Positions 26,201-40,846 of a DNA stretch of 64,000 nt are shown here, one piece after another. Each line of letters begins with the position of its first letter. Within the stretch, counting starts at the first letter, position 1. A program made the translations under genes and the position numbers. This DNA comes from Amphiscolops sp. MND2022 (lineage: Eukaryota), in NCBI GenBank assembly GCA_964187785.1, contig OZ076411.1, forward strand, positions 56,978,001 through 57,042,000, read 5' to 3'. Under the pieces are notes generated by a model. It saw nothing but the letters and a program-made list of their open reading frames with translations, had not been told where the DNA came from and did no database searches.

Positions 26201-29200
26201 GTGAAAAATCTTCACCTTCTCAATCTATATGCGAACATTGATCTTTGAATTTCTCTAAACAAACGCAAGGAATTCGACTTTTTCTACAGCAAAACTACAT
26301 TCTCTCTTGAGAAAGATGGCAACTGAGAGGAATGGACGGTCTAGACGGCTAGAGACACCTTCTCTACAGAGAGAAGTGAACGATGCCCAAGTAGAAACGC
26401 CTAATACAGGTAATGAGACTTTAACTAATTTTAATGTTAACGTTCAAGAAGGTTTATGCGATGGAAACTCTGAAAATCAACTAACTGAGCCCAGTCAGAT
26501 TAGCAACGAAACGCTTAAAATTTAGACTCAGAAAATGAGGATAATCCTCTCAGACCCTCTGAAGTGATGGATTTAAGACATCCTGCAAAAACTTTGAAGA
26601 GAAGCGATTTAGATCTCGACGCAACTATAGTTTCAAATGAGGACTCAGAGGGGGGAGGATTATCACATGATGACAGGAGCCAACCGACAACTCCATAGAC
26701 AAAGCTCACAAAATCGTCAGTCTCTTTTTGACACAACAGAATCCCACTCCGACCAAAATACGTCAATTTTGTCAAGAAAACCACTTGACCAAGTTATTCA
26801 CTTTGCTCTAGCAATAGAAACATTGGCGAGAACAAACTTCCAACAATCACTGATTCACCCGAAAAACACGCTAACCTTCAATGGAAAGCATGAGAAAAAC
26901 CAGAAGTTCAAGTACCTTGAAGACTTATTCCACACAACTCTTCGAATGCAAACAAACCTAACAGAAGACAAGAAAACAAATCATTTTCACCCACATTTCA
27001 CCGGTTTGGCACTCAAAACAATCGAAAACATCCAAAGAACTCCGACTACAACCTTGGAAGTTATTTTAAATGTCTTTCGACGAAAATATGTAAAACCAAA
27101 GTCCTCTGCATCAGCAAAACACAGATTCAAAAGACTTTTCTTCGACCTAAGAACCAGACACCTTCTTATTTTGCAGAAAAAGCATTTGGTGATAATACAC
27201 ACCAAATGAAAGAGAATTTACTCATTGAGAATATGCCCCAACACCTGAAGAAAATCAATTAATGAGGCGTACTTAGAGAATGGAACGTATGACCAAATTG
27301 TCAACCATCTTGAACGAGAGATAGAACTCAACGGTCTAGAAGCTAAAGCACCCCTCATCAAAACACAAAGGGCGGTTACTAAATCAGAAATTACCGAAAA
27401 AACCAACGAGAAACCGAACAAAAAAAAACAAAAACGCCAACACCAAAAACGGTGCCCAACCAAACCCTTGAAAAGGATCAATGCCGCTATTGCAAAAAGA
27501 AGGTCAAATGATGACCGACTTCCCCAAAATAGCTAAACGGCGTAAACGTGAAGAAGAGCCAGATGCAGAAAAAGGCAGAATTGCAGCACGCCTGGACATG
27601 TTGACAAAGATTGTTATTTCGGCGCTAACATGGAAAACCGCTCAATGGAGTGGAATCTAAAGCAAGCTCAGAAAAAGGTCATCGAAACCTACAAATACGC
27701 TAAAAAAAACAACAAAAATACAACTAGACAGACAACAACAATCATCCTGCAAAGATTTAAGCTAGAAACGCCACGCCTCTGATCACCAAACATGCATATA
27801 GAAACGTCACAGCCACGGGATAACTACCAGCGTCAAGTGTTCGCAATAAACATTCAACTCAATCAACTGACTACACAACCAGACTCAACACCCCAAACAC
27901 CTACAGACTCTGTAGACAACGAATCTCTACAAGAGTCATAGTTTGAACTCTTGCGAAATGCTCCTGATATTTACCTTTCACACACCATCCAAATTACCTC
28001 ATCACATACAGACAGTACCCCAAAAAGTCACCACGCGAAAACTTTTTTCTTGCAATGACCCAAAACAACCACATACATTTTGACAAAGAACGAAACCTGT
28101 CATACTTACCGATCTCAACTTCTGTAACATTGGAACGAAACGAAGTTTGGCACTCAAAACAATCGAAATCATCCAAAGAACTCTGACTACAACCTTGGAA
28201 GTTATTTTAAAGGTCTTTGGACAAAAATATGTAAAACCAGGGTCGACTGCATCAGCAAAACACAGATTCAACAGACTTTTCTTTGACCTGAGGACCAGAA
28301 ACCTTCTTATTTTCTGGAAGAATTTCAAGAAAGTGCAGAAAAAGCATTTGGTGATAATGCACACCAAATGATAGAGAATTTACTCATTGAGAAAATGCCC
28401 CAATACCTAAAAAAAATCAATTAATCAGGCCTACTTAGAGACTGGAACGTATGACCAAATTGTCAACCATCTTGAACGAGAGATAGAACTCAACTATCGA
28501 GAAGCTAAAGCACCCCTCATCAAAACACAGAGGGCAGTTACTAAAGCAGAAATTACCGAAAAAACCAACGAGAAACCGAACAAAAAAACAAAAACGCCAA
28601 CAGCAAAAACGGTGCCCAACCAAACCCTTGAAAAGGATCAATGGCGCTATTGCAAAAAGCAGGTCAAATGATGACCGACTTCCCCAAAATAGCAAAACGG
28701 CGTAAACGTGAAGAAGAGCCAGACGCAGAAAAACGCAGAATTGTAGCACGCCTGGACATGATGACAAAGATTGTTATTTCGGCGCTAACATGGAAAACCG
28801 CCCAATGGAGTGGAATCTAAAGCAAGCTCAGAAAAAGGTCATCGAAACCTACAAAGAAGCTAAAAAAACAATAAAACTACAACTAGACAGACAACAACAA
28901 CCATCCTGCAAAGATTTAAGCTAGAAACGCCACGCATCTGAACACCAAATATGCATATAGAAACATCACAGCCACAGGAGGACTGACAGCGTCAAGTGTT
29001 TGCAATAAACATTCAACTCGATCAACTGACTACACAACCAGACTCAACACCCCAAACACTCACAGACTCTGGCAACAACGAATCTTTACAAGAGTCATAG
29101 TATGAACTCTTGCGAAATGCTCCTGATATTTACCTTTCACACACCATCCAAATTACCTCATCACATACAGACAGTACCCCAAAAAGTCACCACGCGAAAA

Positions 29201-32200
29201 CTTTTTTCTTGCAATGACCCAAAACAACCACATACATTTTGACAAAGAACAAAACCTGTCATACTTACCGATCTCAACTTCTGTAACATTGAAACGGAAA
29301 GATGTTTGGCACTCAAAACAATCGAAAACATCCAAAGAACTCTGACTACAACCTTGGAAGTTATTTCAAATGTCTTTCGACGAAAATATGTAAAATCAGA
29401 GTCCACTGCATCAGCAAAACACAGCTTCAACAGACTTTTCTTTGACCTAAGAACCAGAAAATTTCTTGTTTTCTGGAATAATTTCAAGAAAGTGCAGAAA
29501 AAGCATTTGGTAATAATGCACACCAAATGATAGAGAATTTACTCATTGAGAAAATGCCCCAATACCTGAAAAAAAATCAATTATTCTGGCGTACTTAGAG
29601 AATGGAACGTATGACCAAATTGTCAACCATCTTGAACGAGAGATAGAACTCAACTATCGAGAAGCTAAAGCACCCCTCATCAAAACACAGAGGGCAGTTA
29701 CTAAAGCAGAAAATACCAAAAAAACCAACGAGAAACCAAACAAAAAATCTAAAACACCAACACTAAAAACGGTGCCCAACCAAACCCTTGAAAATGATCA
29801 ATGCCGCTATTGCAAAGAAGCAGGTCAAATGATGACCGACTGCCCCCAAAATAGCTAAACGGCGTAAACGTGAAGAAAAGCCAGACACAGAAAAAGGCAG
29901 AATTGCAACATGCCTGGACTTGAAGAAGAAGATTGTTACTTCGGCGCTAACATGGAAAACCGCCCAATGGAGTGGAATCTAAACCAAGCTCAGAAAAGGT
30001 CATCGAAATCTACAATCTACAAACAAGCTAAAAAAACCAATAAAACTACAACTAGACAGACAACAACAATCATCCTGCAATGATTTGAGCTAGAAACGCC
30101 AGGCCTCTGAACACCAAACATGCATATAGAAACATCACAGCCACGGGTTAACTGCCAGCGTCAAGTGTTCGCAATAAACATTCAACTCAATCAACTGACT
30201 ACACAACCAGACTCAACACCCCAAACACCTACAGACTCTGTAGACAACGAATCTCTACAAGAGTCATAGTATGAACTCTTGCGAAATGCTCCTGACATTT
30301 ACCTTTCACACACCATCCGAAGTACCTCATCACATACAGACAGTACCCCAAAAAGTCACCACGCGAAAACTTTTTTCTTGCAATGACCCAAAACAACCAC
30401 ATACATTTTGACAAAGAACGAAACCTGTCATACTTACCGATCTCAACTTCTGTAACATTGAAACGGAAAGAAGTTTGGCACTCAAAACAATCGAAATCAT
30501 CCAAAGAACTCTGACTACAGCCTTGGAATATATTTTAAATGTCTTTCGACGAAAATATGTAAAACCAGAGTCCACTGCATCAGCAAAACACAGATTCAAC
30601 AGACTTTTCTTTGACCTGAGAACCAGAAACCTTCTTATTTTCTGGAAGAATTTCAAGAAAGTGCAGAGAAAGCATTTGGTGATAATGCACACCAAATGAT
30701 AGAGAATTTACTCATTGAGAAAATGCCCCAATACCTGAAAAAAATCAATTAATCAGGCGTACTTAGAGAATGGAACGTATGACTAAATTGTCAACTATCT
30801 TGAACGAGAGATAGAACTCAACTATCGAGAAGCTAAAGCACCCCTCATCAAAACACAGAGGGCAGTTACTAAAGCAGAAATTACCAAAAAACCCAACGAG
30901 AAACCAAACAAAAAATCTAAACCACTAACACCAAAAACGGTTCCCAACCAAACCCTTGAAAATGATCAATGCCGCTATTGCAAAGAAGCAGGTCAAATGA
31001 TGACCGACTGCCCCCAAAAAGCTAAACGGCGTAAACGTGAAGAAAAGCCAGACGCAGAAAAAGGCAGAATTGCAACATGCCTGGACTTGAAGAAGAAGAT
31101 TGTTACTTCGGCGCTAACATGGAAAACCGCCTAATGGAGTGGAATCTAAACCAAGCTCAGAAAAGGTCATCGAAATCTACAATCTACAAACAAGCTAAAA
31201 AAACCAATAAAACTACAACTAGACAGACAACAACAATCATCCTGCAATGATTTGAGCTAGAAACGCCACGCCTCTGAACACCAAACATGCATATAGAAAC
31301 ATCACAGCCACGGGTTAACTGACAGCGTCAAGTGTTCGCAATAAACATTCAACTCAATCAACTGACTACACAACCAGACTCAACACCCCAAACACCTACA
31401 GACTCTGTAGACAACGAATCTCTACAAGAGTCATAGTATGAACTCTTGCGAAATGCTCCTGATATTTACCTTTCACACACCATCCAAAGTACCTCATCAC
31501 ATACAGACAGTACCCCAAAAAGTCAACACGCGAAAACTTTTTTCTTGCAATGACCCAAAACAACCACATACATTTTGACAAAGAACGAAACCTGTCATAC
31601 TTACCGATCTCAACTTCTGTAACATTGAAACGGAAAAAAGTTTGGCACTCAAAACAATCGAAATCATCCAAAGAACTCTGACTACAGCCTTGGAAGTTAT
31701 TTTAAATGTCTTTCGACGAAAATATGTAAAACCAGAGTCCACTGCATCAGCAAAACACAGATTCAACAGACTTTTCTTTGACCTGAGAACCAGAAACCTT
31801 CTTATTTTCTGGAAGAATTTCAAGAAAGTGCAGAGAAAGCATTTGGTGATAATGCACATCAAATGATAGAGAATTCACTCATTGAGAAAATGCCCCAATA
31901 CCTGAAAAAAATCAATTAATCAGGCGTACCTAGGGAATGGAACGTATGACCAAATTGTCAACCATCTTGAACGAGAGATAGAACTCAACTATCGAGAAGC
32001 TAAAGCATCCCTCATCAAAAAACAGAGGGCAGTTACTAAAGCAGAAAATACCAAAAAAACCAACGAGAAACCAAACAAAAAATCTAAAACACCAACACCA
32101 AAAACGGTGCCCAACCAAACCCTTGAAAATGATCAATGCCGCTATTGTAAAGAAGCAGGTCAAATGATGACCGATTGCCCCAAAATAGCTAAACGGCGTA

Positions 32201-33217
32201 AACGTGAAGAAAAGCCAGACGCAGAAAAAGGCAGAATGGCAACATGCCTGGACTTGAAGAAGAAGATTGTTACTTCGGCGCTATTATGGAAAACCGCCCA
32301 ATGGAGTGGAATCTAAAGCAAGCTCAGAAAAGGTCATCGAAATTCGAAATCTACAAACAAGCTAAAAAAACAATAAAACTACAACTATACAGTCATCAAC
32401 AATCATCCTGCAAGGATATAAGCTAGAAACGCCACGCCTCTGAACACCAAACATGCATTTAGGAACATCACAGCCACGGGATAACTGCCAGCATCAAGTG
32501 TTCGCAATAAACATTCAACTCAATCAACTGACTACACAACCAGACTCAACACCCCAAACACCTACAAACTCTGTAGACAATCAATCTCTACAAGGGTCAT
32601 AGTATGAACTCTTGCGAGATGCTCCTGATAAAAACTTTTCAGACAACACCCAAATTACCTCATTACATACAGACAGTACCCCATAAATTCACCACGGGAA
32701 AACCTTTTTCTTGCAATGACCCAAAACAACCACATTCATTTTGACAAAGAACGAAACCTGTCATATTTACCGATCTGCACTTCTCTAACATTGAAACGGA
32801 AATGCCACTTGTACTATATACCAATGGACTTCGAAAGACTCACTCTTGACGGACTCATAGACACAGGAGCCCTGGCAAGTGCAATTTCTGAACAAGACCT
32901 CGACAGAAGCAAGTTGCTTGCCAATGAAGCAATAAAAGATACTGGCCCAGCGCCAAACTTCCAAATTATGGTGGTCAATGGTCAACTCGAAGCACCAATC
33001 GGCACAGTACCACTGGAACTTGAAGTAGGTGAATTCATTTTACGTGAGATTTTCATCATCATGAGAAACTTACCAAACGCCCTCATTGGTCCCTGCTTCC
33101 TCTGCAGGAACAATGCAATATTCAATGTCACTCAAGGCACATTAACGTTCCCATATATTTAAATGGAACTAAAACCCGATACAAAAGTAGCGCTACGCCA
33201 ACCAACACCACTGTTCG
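22308..33217. repeat. Segmental duplication copy 2
   Basis: Matches 1-10835 apart from scattered SNPs and small indels. Confidence 0.97.
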
Positions 33218-36200
33218 CGGAAAACACATACACCTTACAACCAGGCGAACCGCTAGCTATAGCAAGCAGAATGCCTCACTTGTTAGACCACGATGCAACA
33301 GGAATAGTTACACTTTCACCACAATTTGAAAACCACGACAGCATTTTCATCACCTCGTCACACAGCACAGTCAACAGTAATGCTATCGGGTACCAAATCA
33401 TTAATTGCTCTGATTTTCCATACACAATAATCTGTGACATCCATTTAGCAGATTTCAAGATCGTCACCCCAGAACAAAGAAAACATATACAACCAGTAGA
33501 TCCAGCGATGTTATCCTTCATGATACAACACGAAGATACAACTGAGATCTACATGAATGATACTTTGAAATTTGCACATTAAACCCAGAACAAGAATCGT
33601 ATTGGTTTCCCACACCGCAAGAACCAGGGGATCCTACAACATATACCCCAATCCAACAACGAATATACAAAGAAATCCTCCAACTGAGAGAACTCGAGAA
33701 AAATAAACCACAATATGACAAAACACCAAGGAAATCATTTCACTCAAACTTTGACTGGTCTGACGCAACACTCGGCCTAGAAGAACGACAACCAGTCGAA
33801 TAAATCTACATTGATTTTCACTATAACTTTTCTAGACATAGATTTCGGCACAAATCGTGAATTTAAAGTAAAACTTACACCTAACGATGACAGACCAGCA
33901 TAAAGCTAAATTCTGCCAACCCCGATCAACCTGAAAGCACAGCACTGCACATGGCAGGGAAAAACTGTTCTTCAAGCTAGCCTGCTCCCAGGTTTATCAT
34001 TGTCTGCAAATGGCAGATTACCAATCCATACAAATGCTTGCCACCAACTTTGCGAGCCGAACCTTTGCTTATCGTTGCCTTGCTCAAGGTTTAAGCACTT
34101 CAGTATCAAGCTTCATGAGAGAATACCCCGAGGAAGCAATCAAAACCGACCAACGTGTACAATACGTGGACGACATTGACATTGCAGGAAACGACTCAAA
34201 AACAGGTATGTGCCATTATCAGGACTGTTTTTGAATGCATCCAAAATGCCGGATTGAAACACAATGTCCGCGTGCTGTTTCGGAGTAACACAAGTCTATT
34301 TCCTTGGACAAAAAAGTTCACCAGACGATGTTGCTCCACAAGCAGGAAAGTCAAAAACTTCCTGTCAAAACTGAGATTCCCTAAATCCAAAAAAGCTTTC
34401 AGCGGTAAATCGGATTCTTGAACTATTACCGTAACTACATTCCGTGACTCTCTGAACGGTTATCCCCGTCCTTCCAACTCCTCAGAGAAGCCTCCAAGTT
34501 CTATGTACCCACGATTTTGCCAGAAGACTTTAACAACCGCATACACTTCTTGAGAACTCATGCCAAATAGCTTTGAGGCAACCCCTCAAAGACAAGCAAC
34601 TCATAGTTATGTCCGACGCAAGCTTCACCGCAGCAGGATATGCTATATTGATAGAAGACGATCCGAGCCAAAAATCCCGTTCAAACGCAAAATCTACGCA
34701 CCCATAGCGTTTGGTTCCAAAACTTTCAACCCAATGCAAACGAAAATGTCTATGTATGCAAAGGAGTTTCTCTCGATCGAAATTGGATACCTTATGTAGG
34801 GAAGCACCCATTAGAGTGCATAGGCAAGCTTAATTTGCTCAAAGCGCAACTTTCCTGTCAAGCACAGAAGTCAACCTAGTTGAAAAACTCGAAATGAGCA
34901 TACAAAACGACATCCAAACAAAAGCCATAGAAGTCAACACATGATAATTGGGCATAGTTGAAGAAGAAAAAATCTACATCCTCCCAGATGATAAATTTGA
35001 CGGAAACCAACTTTGGGAAGAAACACAAAACGTACGAAATCAAGGTCAAAATGAAACCCTTAACAAACCAGAAAACAATGTAACAGAACTCCATCGAATT
35101 CAACAAATAATCTACAGGCAAAGTTGAAGACGAAATAACCTACATCCTCCCAGATGATGAATTTGACGGAAATCAACTTTGGGAGGAAAAACATAACGTA
35201 CGAAATCAAGCTCAATATGGAAACCTTAAGGAACAAGAAAATAATGTAACAGGACTCCAACATTTGCACAAACCCACATCTGGCTCGAATACCTGCACAG
35301 AAGATCACTTCATTGAGTATGCCAAAATTCGACTTGAACAAAACAATGACATGGTACTCCGAAACCTCAAAGCTAAACCAGATAGTAAACCCTTTGACGA
35401 ATAAGATTTAGCATTTGATTACCGATACCAACATTATCTCCAAAACATCACCAGAATCAAAATTAAGCAAGAGGTTCTGACACGTAATTACTACGCGATA
35501 ACAGGAACCACTTCACCACACAAGATTTTGCTACCAGCACAACTCCTAGAAGAACTTCTCCAAGCCTTACATTGTCAGAACTTGAACCATCCAGTCATTT
35601 CCAAACTGATACAGGAAGTTTGGCAGAAAAACGATTACCCATGTGTTGCCAAATACATTAGAAATGGGTTAGTATCTGTCAAACCTGCATACAAACAAAA
35701 CGAATTAACAAAGATCTCTTCAGGACTGAACTCTTCAGTTGCCCAGAATGGGATCTAGGTCCTTTAGTCATACTGCAAATGGACATCTTACACAATCTCC
35801 TACCCAGCGTGTGATATGACTACGTCATAACAGCAATTGACGTCTTTCCAAGACGTTTGTTTGCTTATTCAGTGGCCCGTATCACTGCAACAGCGGTGGC
35901 TCGAGTAATCATGGATACCTTGTGCAAACACACAGTCCTTCCAACAACGAAATTTACAGATCTTGGCACCCAGTTCAATGGCCAGTTAACACATGAAGTT
36001 GCAGCAGTCCTAGGCATTGAGCTTAAACATGCAACTATGAAGCAAGCTCAAACAAAAGGACTCCTACAAAGAATTCACGCTTCAAAGAAAACTCTGCTAA
36101 AAGCAGCAACAGGAGAATTTCGACACAACTGGCATGAATTTCACCCGTTAGCAGTATTAAACCATAATACAACCTATCATGCATCACTTGGTTGTGAGCC

Positions 36201-37034
36201 TTCACGAGTTTTTCATGGGCGTATACCCCAAATTTTACTGGATTACTAACTTGGCTACACTCCTATCACTAACCCGAAATACAAACCACACACTAATGTG
36301 ACAGAAGAGGTAAAACGAAGAATGAAGAAACTTTTTGACCAAACCAAAAAGAACATGATGCAATCTTATCTCAATTACAAGCATAATACGATAGGAAAAC
36401 AAACGTGTCACCACTTCTTAAACTCGGAAGCAGACGCACAAGCAACGAAGATACCCATTTGAGGATAAAGACGGCAAGGTCCATACAAAGTTGAAAAAGT
36501 TCTTCTTAAAAATCATTGCACCGCATTCATTTGCGGAAAGTCACTCCACATGCACCTCTAGCTGACATTTTTGTCCGAGAAACAGATTTGCAGAAAGACG
36601 ATCAAATGCCCATAGAACATGATGAACTATATGCCCAATCTTAGAATACAAACTTTGGTCTTAACCCATTTTTGGGGAACCCTCCACAGTATTCACAAAT
36701 TACTGAGAACATCGAATATGTACCAATCAGAGGTACCAAAAGTGACCACCCACCCTCCCGCGAAATTTCAGAAGACAGTGGGGAAGCCCAGTGGAACAGA
36801 CTACTGAGCCTGAAAAAGAAAATGACAATGAAATTTCCCAAGAAAACCCTAATGATGAATTACACTCTTCACAAAAAACCCAAAAAGACAGAGATACTAC
36901 ATCAGAAGGAAAAACACCAAAACACCCGAAAACTCCGAAAGTACACCATTCGAGAACCCATCAATACCCGTGGTCAAAAACACAACTCTCGACCTAACCC
37001 CAACTCAAATTACTCTGACTCTCACAGTTACTAA
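26307..37034 (+). mobile_element. Gypsy-A copy 2: decayed gag (with tandem array), protease, RT, RNase H, integrase
   Basis: DTG (32716-33162); FAYRCLAQGL and QYVDD (34010-34234); YAPIAFGSKTFNP (~34690-34740); HCQNLNHP, TDLGTQF and LLQRIH (35528-36249); many stops and deletions. Confidence 0.93.
27006..32802 (+). repeat. Tandem array of five gag-derived units (copy 2)
   Basis: Anchor at 27006, 28147, 29306, 30475, 31642. Confidence 0.95.
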
Positions 37035-37201
37035 CACAAACTTCAAGGCAAACGTTTTTTCCTTTTCTCTGAGTCTCTTCACACTCAGTTTTTGATGTGC
37101 GGCCAATAAATAAGTGAAAACAATTTTGCATACTCATTTATAGGAACGACAAGTATAATTAAACAGTCAACAAGAAATGGACTTTGACGATTGAAATCAA
37201 C

Positions 37202-39590
37202 TCAATGCTTGTTAGCCTTGCCCCTCTTCCTCTTCGCCTTGTTCATTTCATCAGACTCATCATCGGTACATCGGCTTAACGCCAATGTAGCTGCCCTGAG
37301 CACGGGACGTGGTGGGGGAGTATCAGTACAACTAGACTTTTTGTTATCAGGCCAAACATCAGTTTCCTGGGAAAGTTGAACAGAATCTCCACCTGTGACC
37401 ACACCTTTGTAAACAATTTCTAAATAAGGTCCCGCGGGACCTCTTTCTTTAAAAAATTCCAGGCCGAAAACTTCTTATCAGACAGCAAACCTCGTCTTTT
37501 GCCCGCCCAATGACCAAAAATTGGTGATTTTACCGTGGACCCTTGTACAGACTCGAGACATTCGGCACTGTCACGTAAGAAGATTGGATGCTACGAATTC
37601 AATATTGAAACGCTTCCAAAGTAACGAGCCTGAAACATTCGTACGACTACGAGGTAGTGCGAGGATATACAGCAAAATAAGCATGTGTGACGCTTTTCTA
37701 CCATAATCCTAATAACCTAATGGAGATGAGGCAGCATTGTGTGAAACTGTGAAGAATGAAAGCGTTGTAAATGTCGTCGACTGCGTAGATGATATTCATG
37801 TAGTTTTTCTACGCCATATGATGTCCGAAAACAGTGGCGTCACAAAAAAAATAGGACAGTTTAATATAATTAAAGACTGGCTTGTCAAGGTTCAACTTGA
37901 ATATTTTGTTGTCATGAGTATTGTTCCATGTTAGTTGATAGAATTAAGATACTGACGCACTTTTCAAGTGCCGGACGGAAATGTGAGTTAATAATGAAAC
38001 CATATATGCATCAGACTTCCAGCAGGAAGTCGCCCAAAACTCTTTATTCATTTTCCTAATTGTTCAATCATGACAGGTAGAATGAATATGACAATAGTTT
38101 AGTTTTGTAACAAGGAAAGTTGTGAGTCATGTAACAAATTCTTTGAAGTTACTAATGAGTTTATTTATGAGTTATCAAGATGATGTTTGAACGCGGTCAT
38201 ATTTATCGAACGAAGATGGGACACTCGGAAGAAGTAAAGGAGACACCTAAAAAGGAAATTGTTTACACGTAAAAGCCGTTGAGGGTTATCACTTCTTGAG
38301 CAGCAGGTCATAATAGGCGATTCAAGAAACCTCAAAACCATGACATTCAGTTTTAGCGGGTTTTCACTGAAGAAAAGGTTCAATTGGAAACCCATCATCA
38401 TATGACCTAAACGAATCTGAAATTCCGACGCTTCTCCAATCTTAAAATCCTCCACGTTTCTGCAGAAAAAAATCACTGACACTGATTTTAAAAGACAAAA
38501 CAGATGGACAAGTTGCAATTTAACTTCCAAGAAGACACACTCTACCCTCCACTCTCCACTGTCTCCGGATGTTATTGAGATATCCAGTAGTTCGGAAAAC
38601 GGTTTCTGTTCGAACCTGGAAACATTTTACAAATAGAAGAAAGATTTAGAGCTAGCTCAAGAGACGTGCCTTCGTGGGATCCTTTGCAGCCCTGTTGTTT
38701 CCTTCCAATGGTGCGAGTTTGTCTCACTCTGACGCAATTGACACAGTGGGGACGAGAATCGAACAAGAACTGATGGACTTGGTCGGAGAAAGTCAGTTAT
38801 CTACTCTACTATCACCTACTTCGTTCATTGATAGTGAGTTCGAAGAAGTAGATGAATCCCTGGACGAGTCAATCATAAACACCAATGCGAGAATAGATTG
38901 TTATGGTCGTCCGTCTGCCGCTATCCTTCCTATCCCGAGGAACATTGAACATCAGCCTGACGGTAGCAGCAGACCGTTGCAATCTTATTTACCTACCTAA
39001 CATCAACCCGGAGGCCTCGGGTGTCCTCCCTTGGCAGGCAAATGTGTCATCTGAGCAACACATTTCAAGCCAATCAGTCCAAAATGCGGAATGGACAATT
39101 GTTCATTTCATGTTAGTCTATGACGGAGCGCAGAGCAATACATCAGTCAACAACATGACCCTGGTAATAATACAACTGCCCCAAAGACGTGCTCCAAGTG
39201 TGCTCCAGAGAAATGATGTCCTAACCCACATTCAGGTAGAGATAGGTTTCCCCTTTCAGGTTACCCACAACCCTAACCTACTTCTCATTCCAGTTAAAAA
39301 GAGACTAAACTTCAGACTTTTCCCAACAGTGTTGCCAAAAATGGCAAGATATTGTGAACGCTGCGGGAAGTCCTTCGATCAAGTGACTCTGGAAACTCTG
39401 GGAGAAGACCTAGCTGCGACTGCATATGAGGGCGAGACTGCCAGGGACCAGGGAGTACGCTCGAGAGCATTAGTTGATGGTTTAGAAGCTGCTTTCTTCC
39501 GTTTTGAAAGAGCGGGACTGTCGGAGCCACAGCGCTGCGATGGAGCTGTGGAGCAACTATAGGCAAACAGAAGACAGCAGAAATCACCTA
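37202..39590 (-). pseudogene. Decayed antisense accessory cassette downstream of Gypsy-A integrase
   Basis: Chain of stop-punctuated minus-strand frames (39312-39587, 38572-38766, 38165-38530, IFKLNLDKPVFNYIKLS near 37880, LLSDKKFSAWNFLKK near 37470, 37202-37402 ending in basic KAKRKRGK); same position and orientation as the Gypsy-B antisense gene. Confidence 0.5.
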
Positions 39591-40846
39591 AACTTAGTAA
39601 ACTTGTTTTGTTTTACACCCCTTTTTAAGTTTTGAGACCATTTTATTTTTCTCTTGTTTCAAAACTACTGAGTTGTTTACTTTAAAATGATGATTTTCAT
39701 TTTGTTTAGGTGAGTATTTGTACATATACGTCACCTTTAAATGACGTAAACTTAGATATTTTGCGTATCTACCATTGTCTTTGAAGGGCCGCTCGCCCAT
39801 ATCCTGCGCCGAGGCTTGACAAGTTTTACGCCGCCCTGATCCGTTGCTTAGTATTGTGGGCCGTTACTAAACAAATCCTGGTTTTCTTGTTTTAAAGGAC
39901 TGTATCTTTTGGCTGCATTACAGTGCATAGACAAGCTTTTTCTGGCGATTTTGCGAAATCCAAGGCACGCTCATGGAATTCCAATCTCTTTGATGTTTGC
40001 GGAATCTAAGAAAAGCCCTGCCCTTGATGTTGCGGAAATTAAGAAAATCTTACTTTCCGGAATTTCATGTGTCGGATTCCACGGAAATCTTTAATGAGCC
40101 AATTTCCGGCTTGGATGCATTTAGCTACATTAGACTTCGCAAATGTATATTGCTCTTTAATTTAATCTCTTGGATTACGCAAAAAAGTTTAGTCTCCTCA
40201 GATTCCTAGAGTCCTCGATTTTTAGATCTCCTTAAAAGACCTATGATTGGTACCACTTAGCAATGTCGAGAAATTTATTGTGAACTGTTTGTATGGAAGT
40301 TATTTTTTCGAAAAACTTTTGAACTGATGGAAACCCGTGATTGGGACCAAATGGTTTTGTTTGGTACATAAATGGTTTATTGGTACATAAAATTAATGAA
40401 AAGTTTTTGATTTTTTTGTAGATTGTATTTATCTGTAGATACCCATATTAATTAAGCATCAATGAATTAAATAGGATTTGAATTAAATTCTTTAGTTACT
40501 ACACATCTTCGCACAGAGTTGAGGAAAGTCCAATTTATCTTTATCTACACTGGATTAGGATTCCTTGTTTTTCTAAGCAAAGAACTTATGTTTTAAAATT
40601 TGGATCAACCCAAAATTTGTACCAAACATTTATTTTCCATTCTGAAATGATTCAGAAGTCCATTGATTCGGCATCAAATGGAAATTGAAAACAACAGTAC
40701 CAGAATGTAATAAATCATATTTAAACAAATCATTGCTAGATTTTTTTGAAAGTGGTTTAAAGAAAAGTTCTATGAAAAAGTCCTCAAGAGAGGAAGATTT
40801 CTTTCCGGAAAGTATTCTTGGCTATATACTTCTTGTCGTTGCAAGT

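Noticed and set aside
25870-26300. 5' LTR of Gypsy-A
   Set aside because: No matching sequence after 37034 or 39590; the only match is the segmental duplicate.
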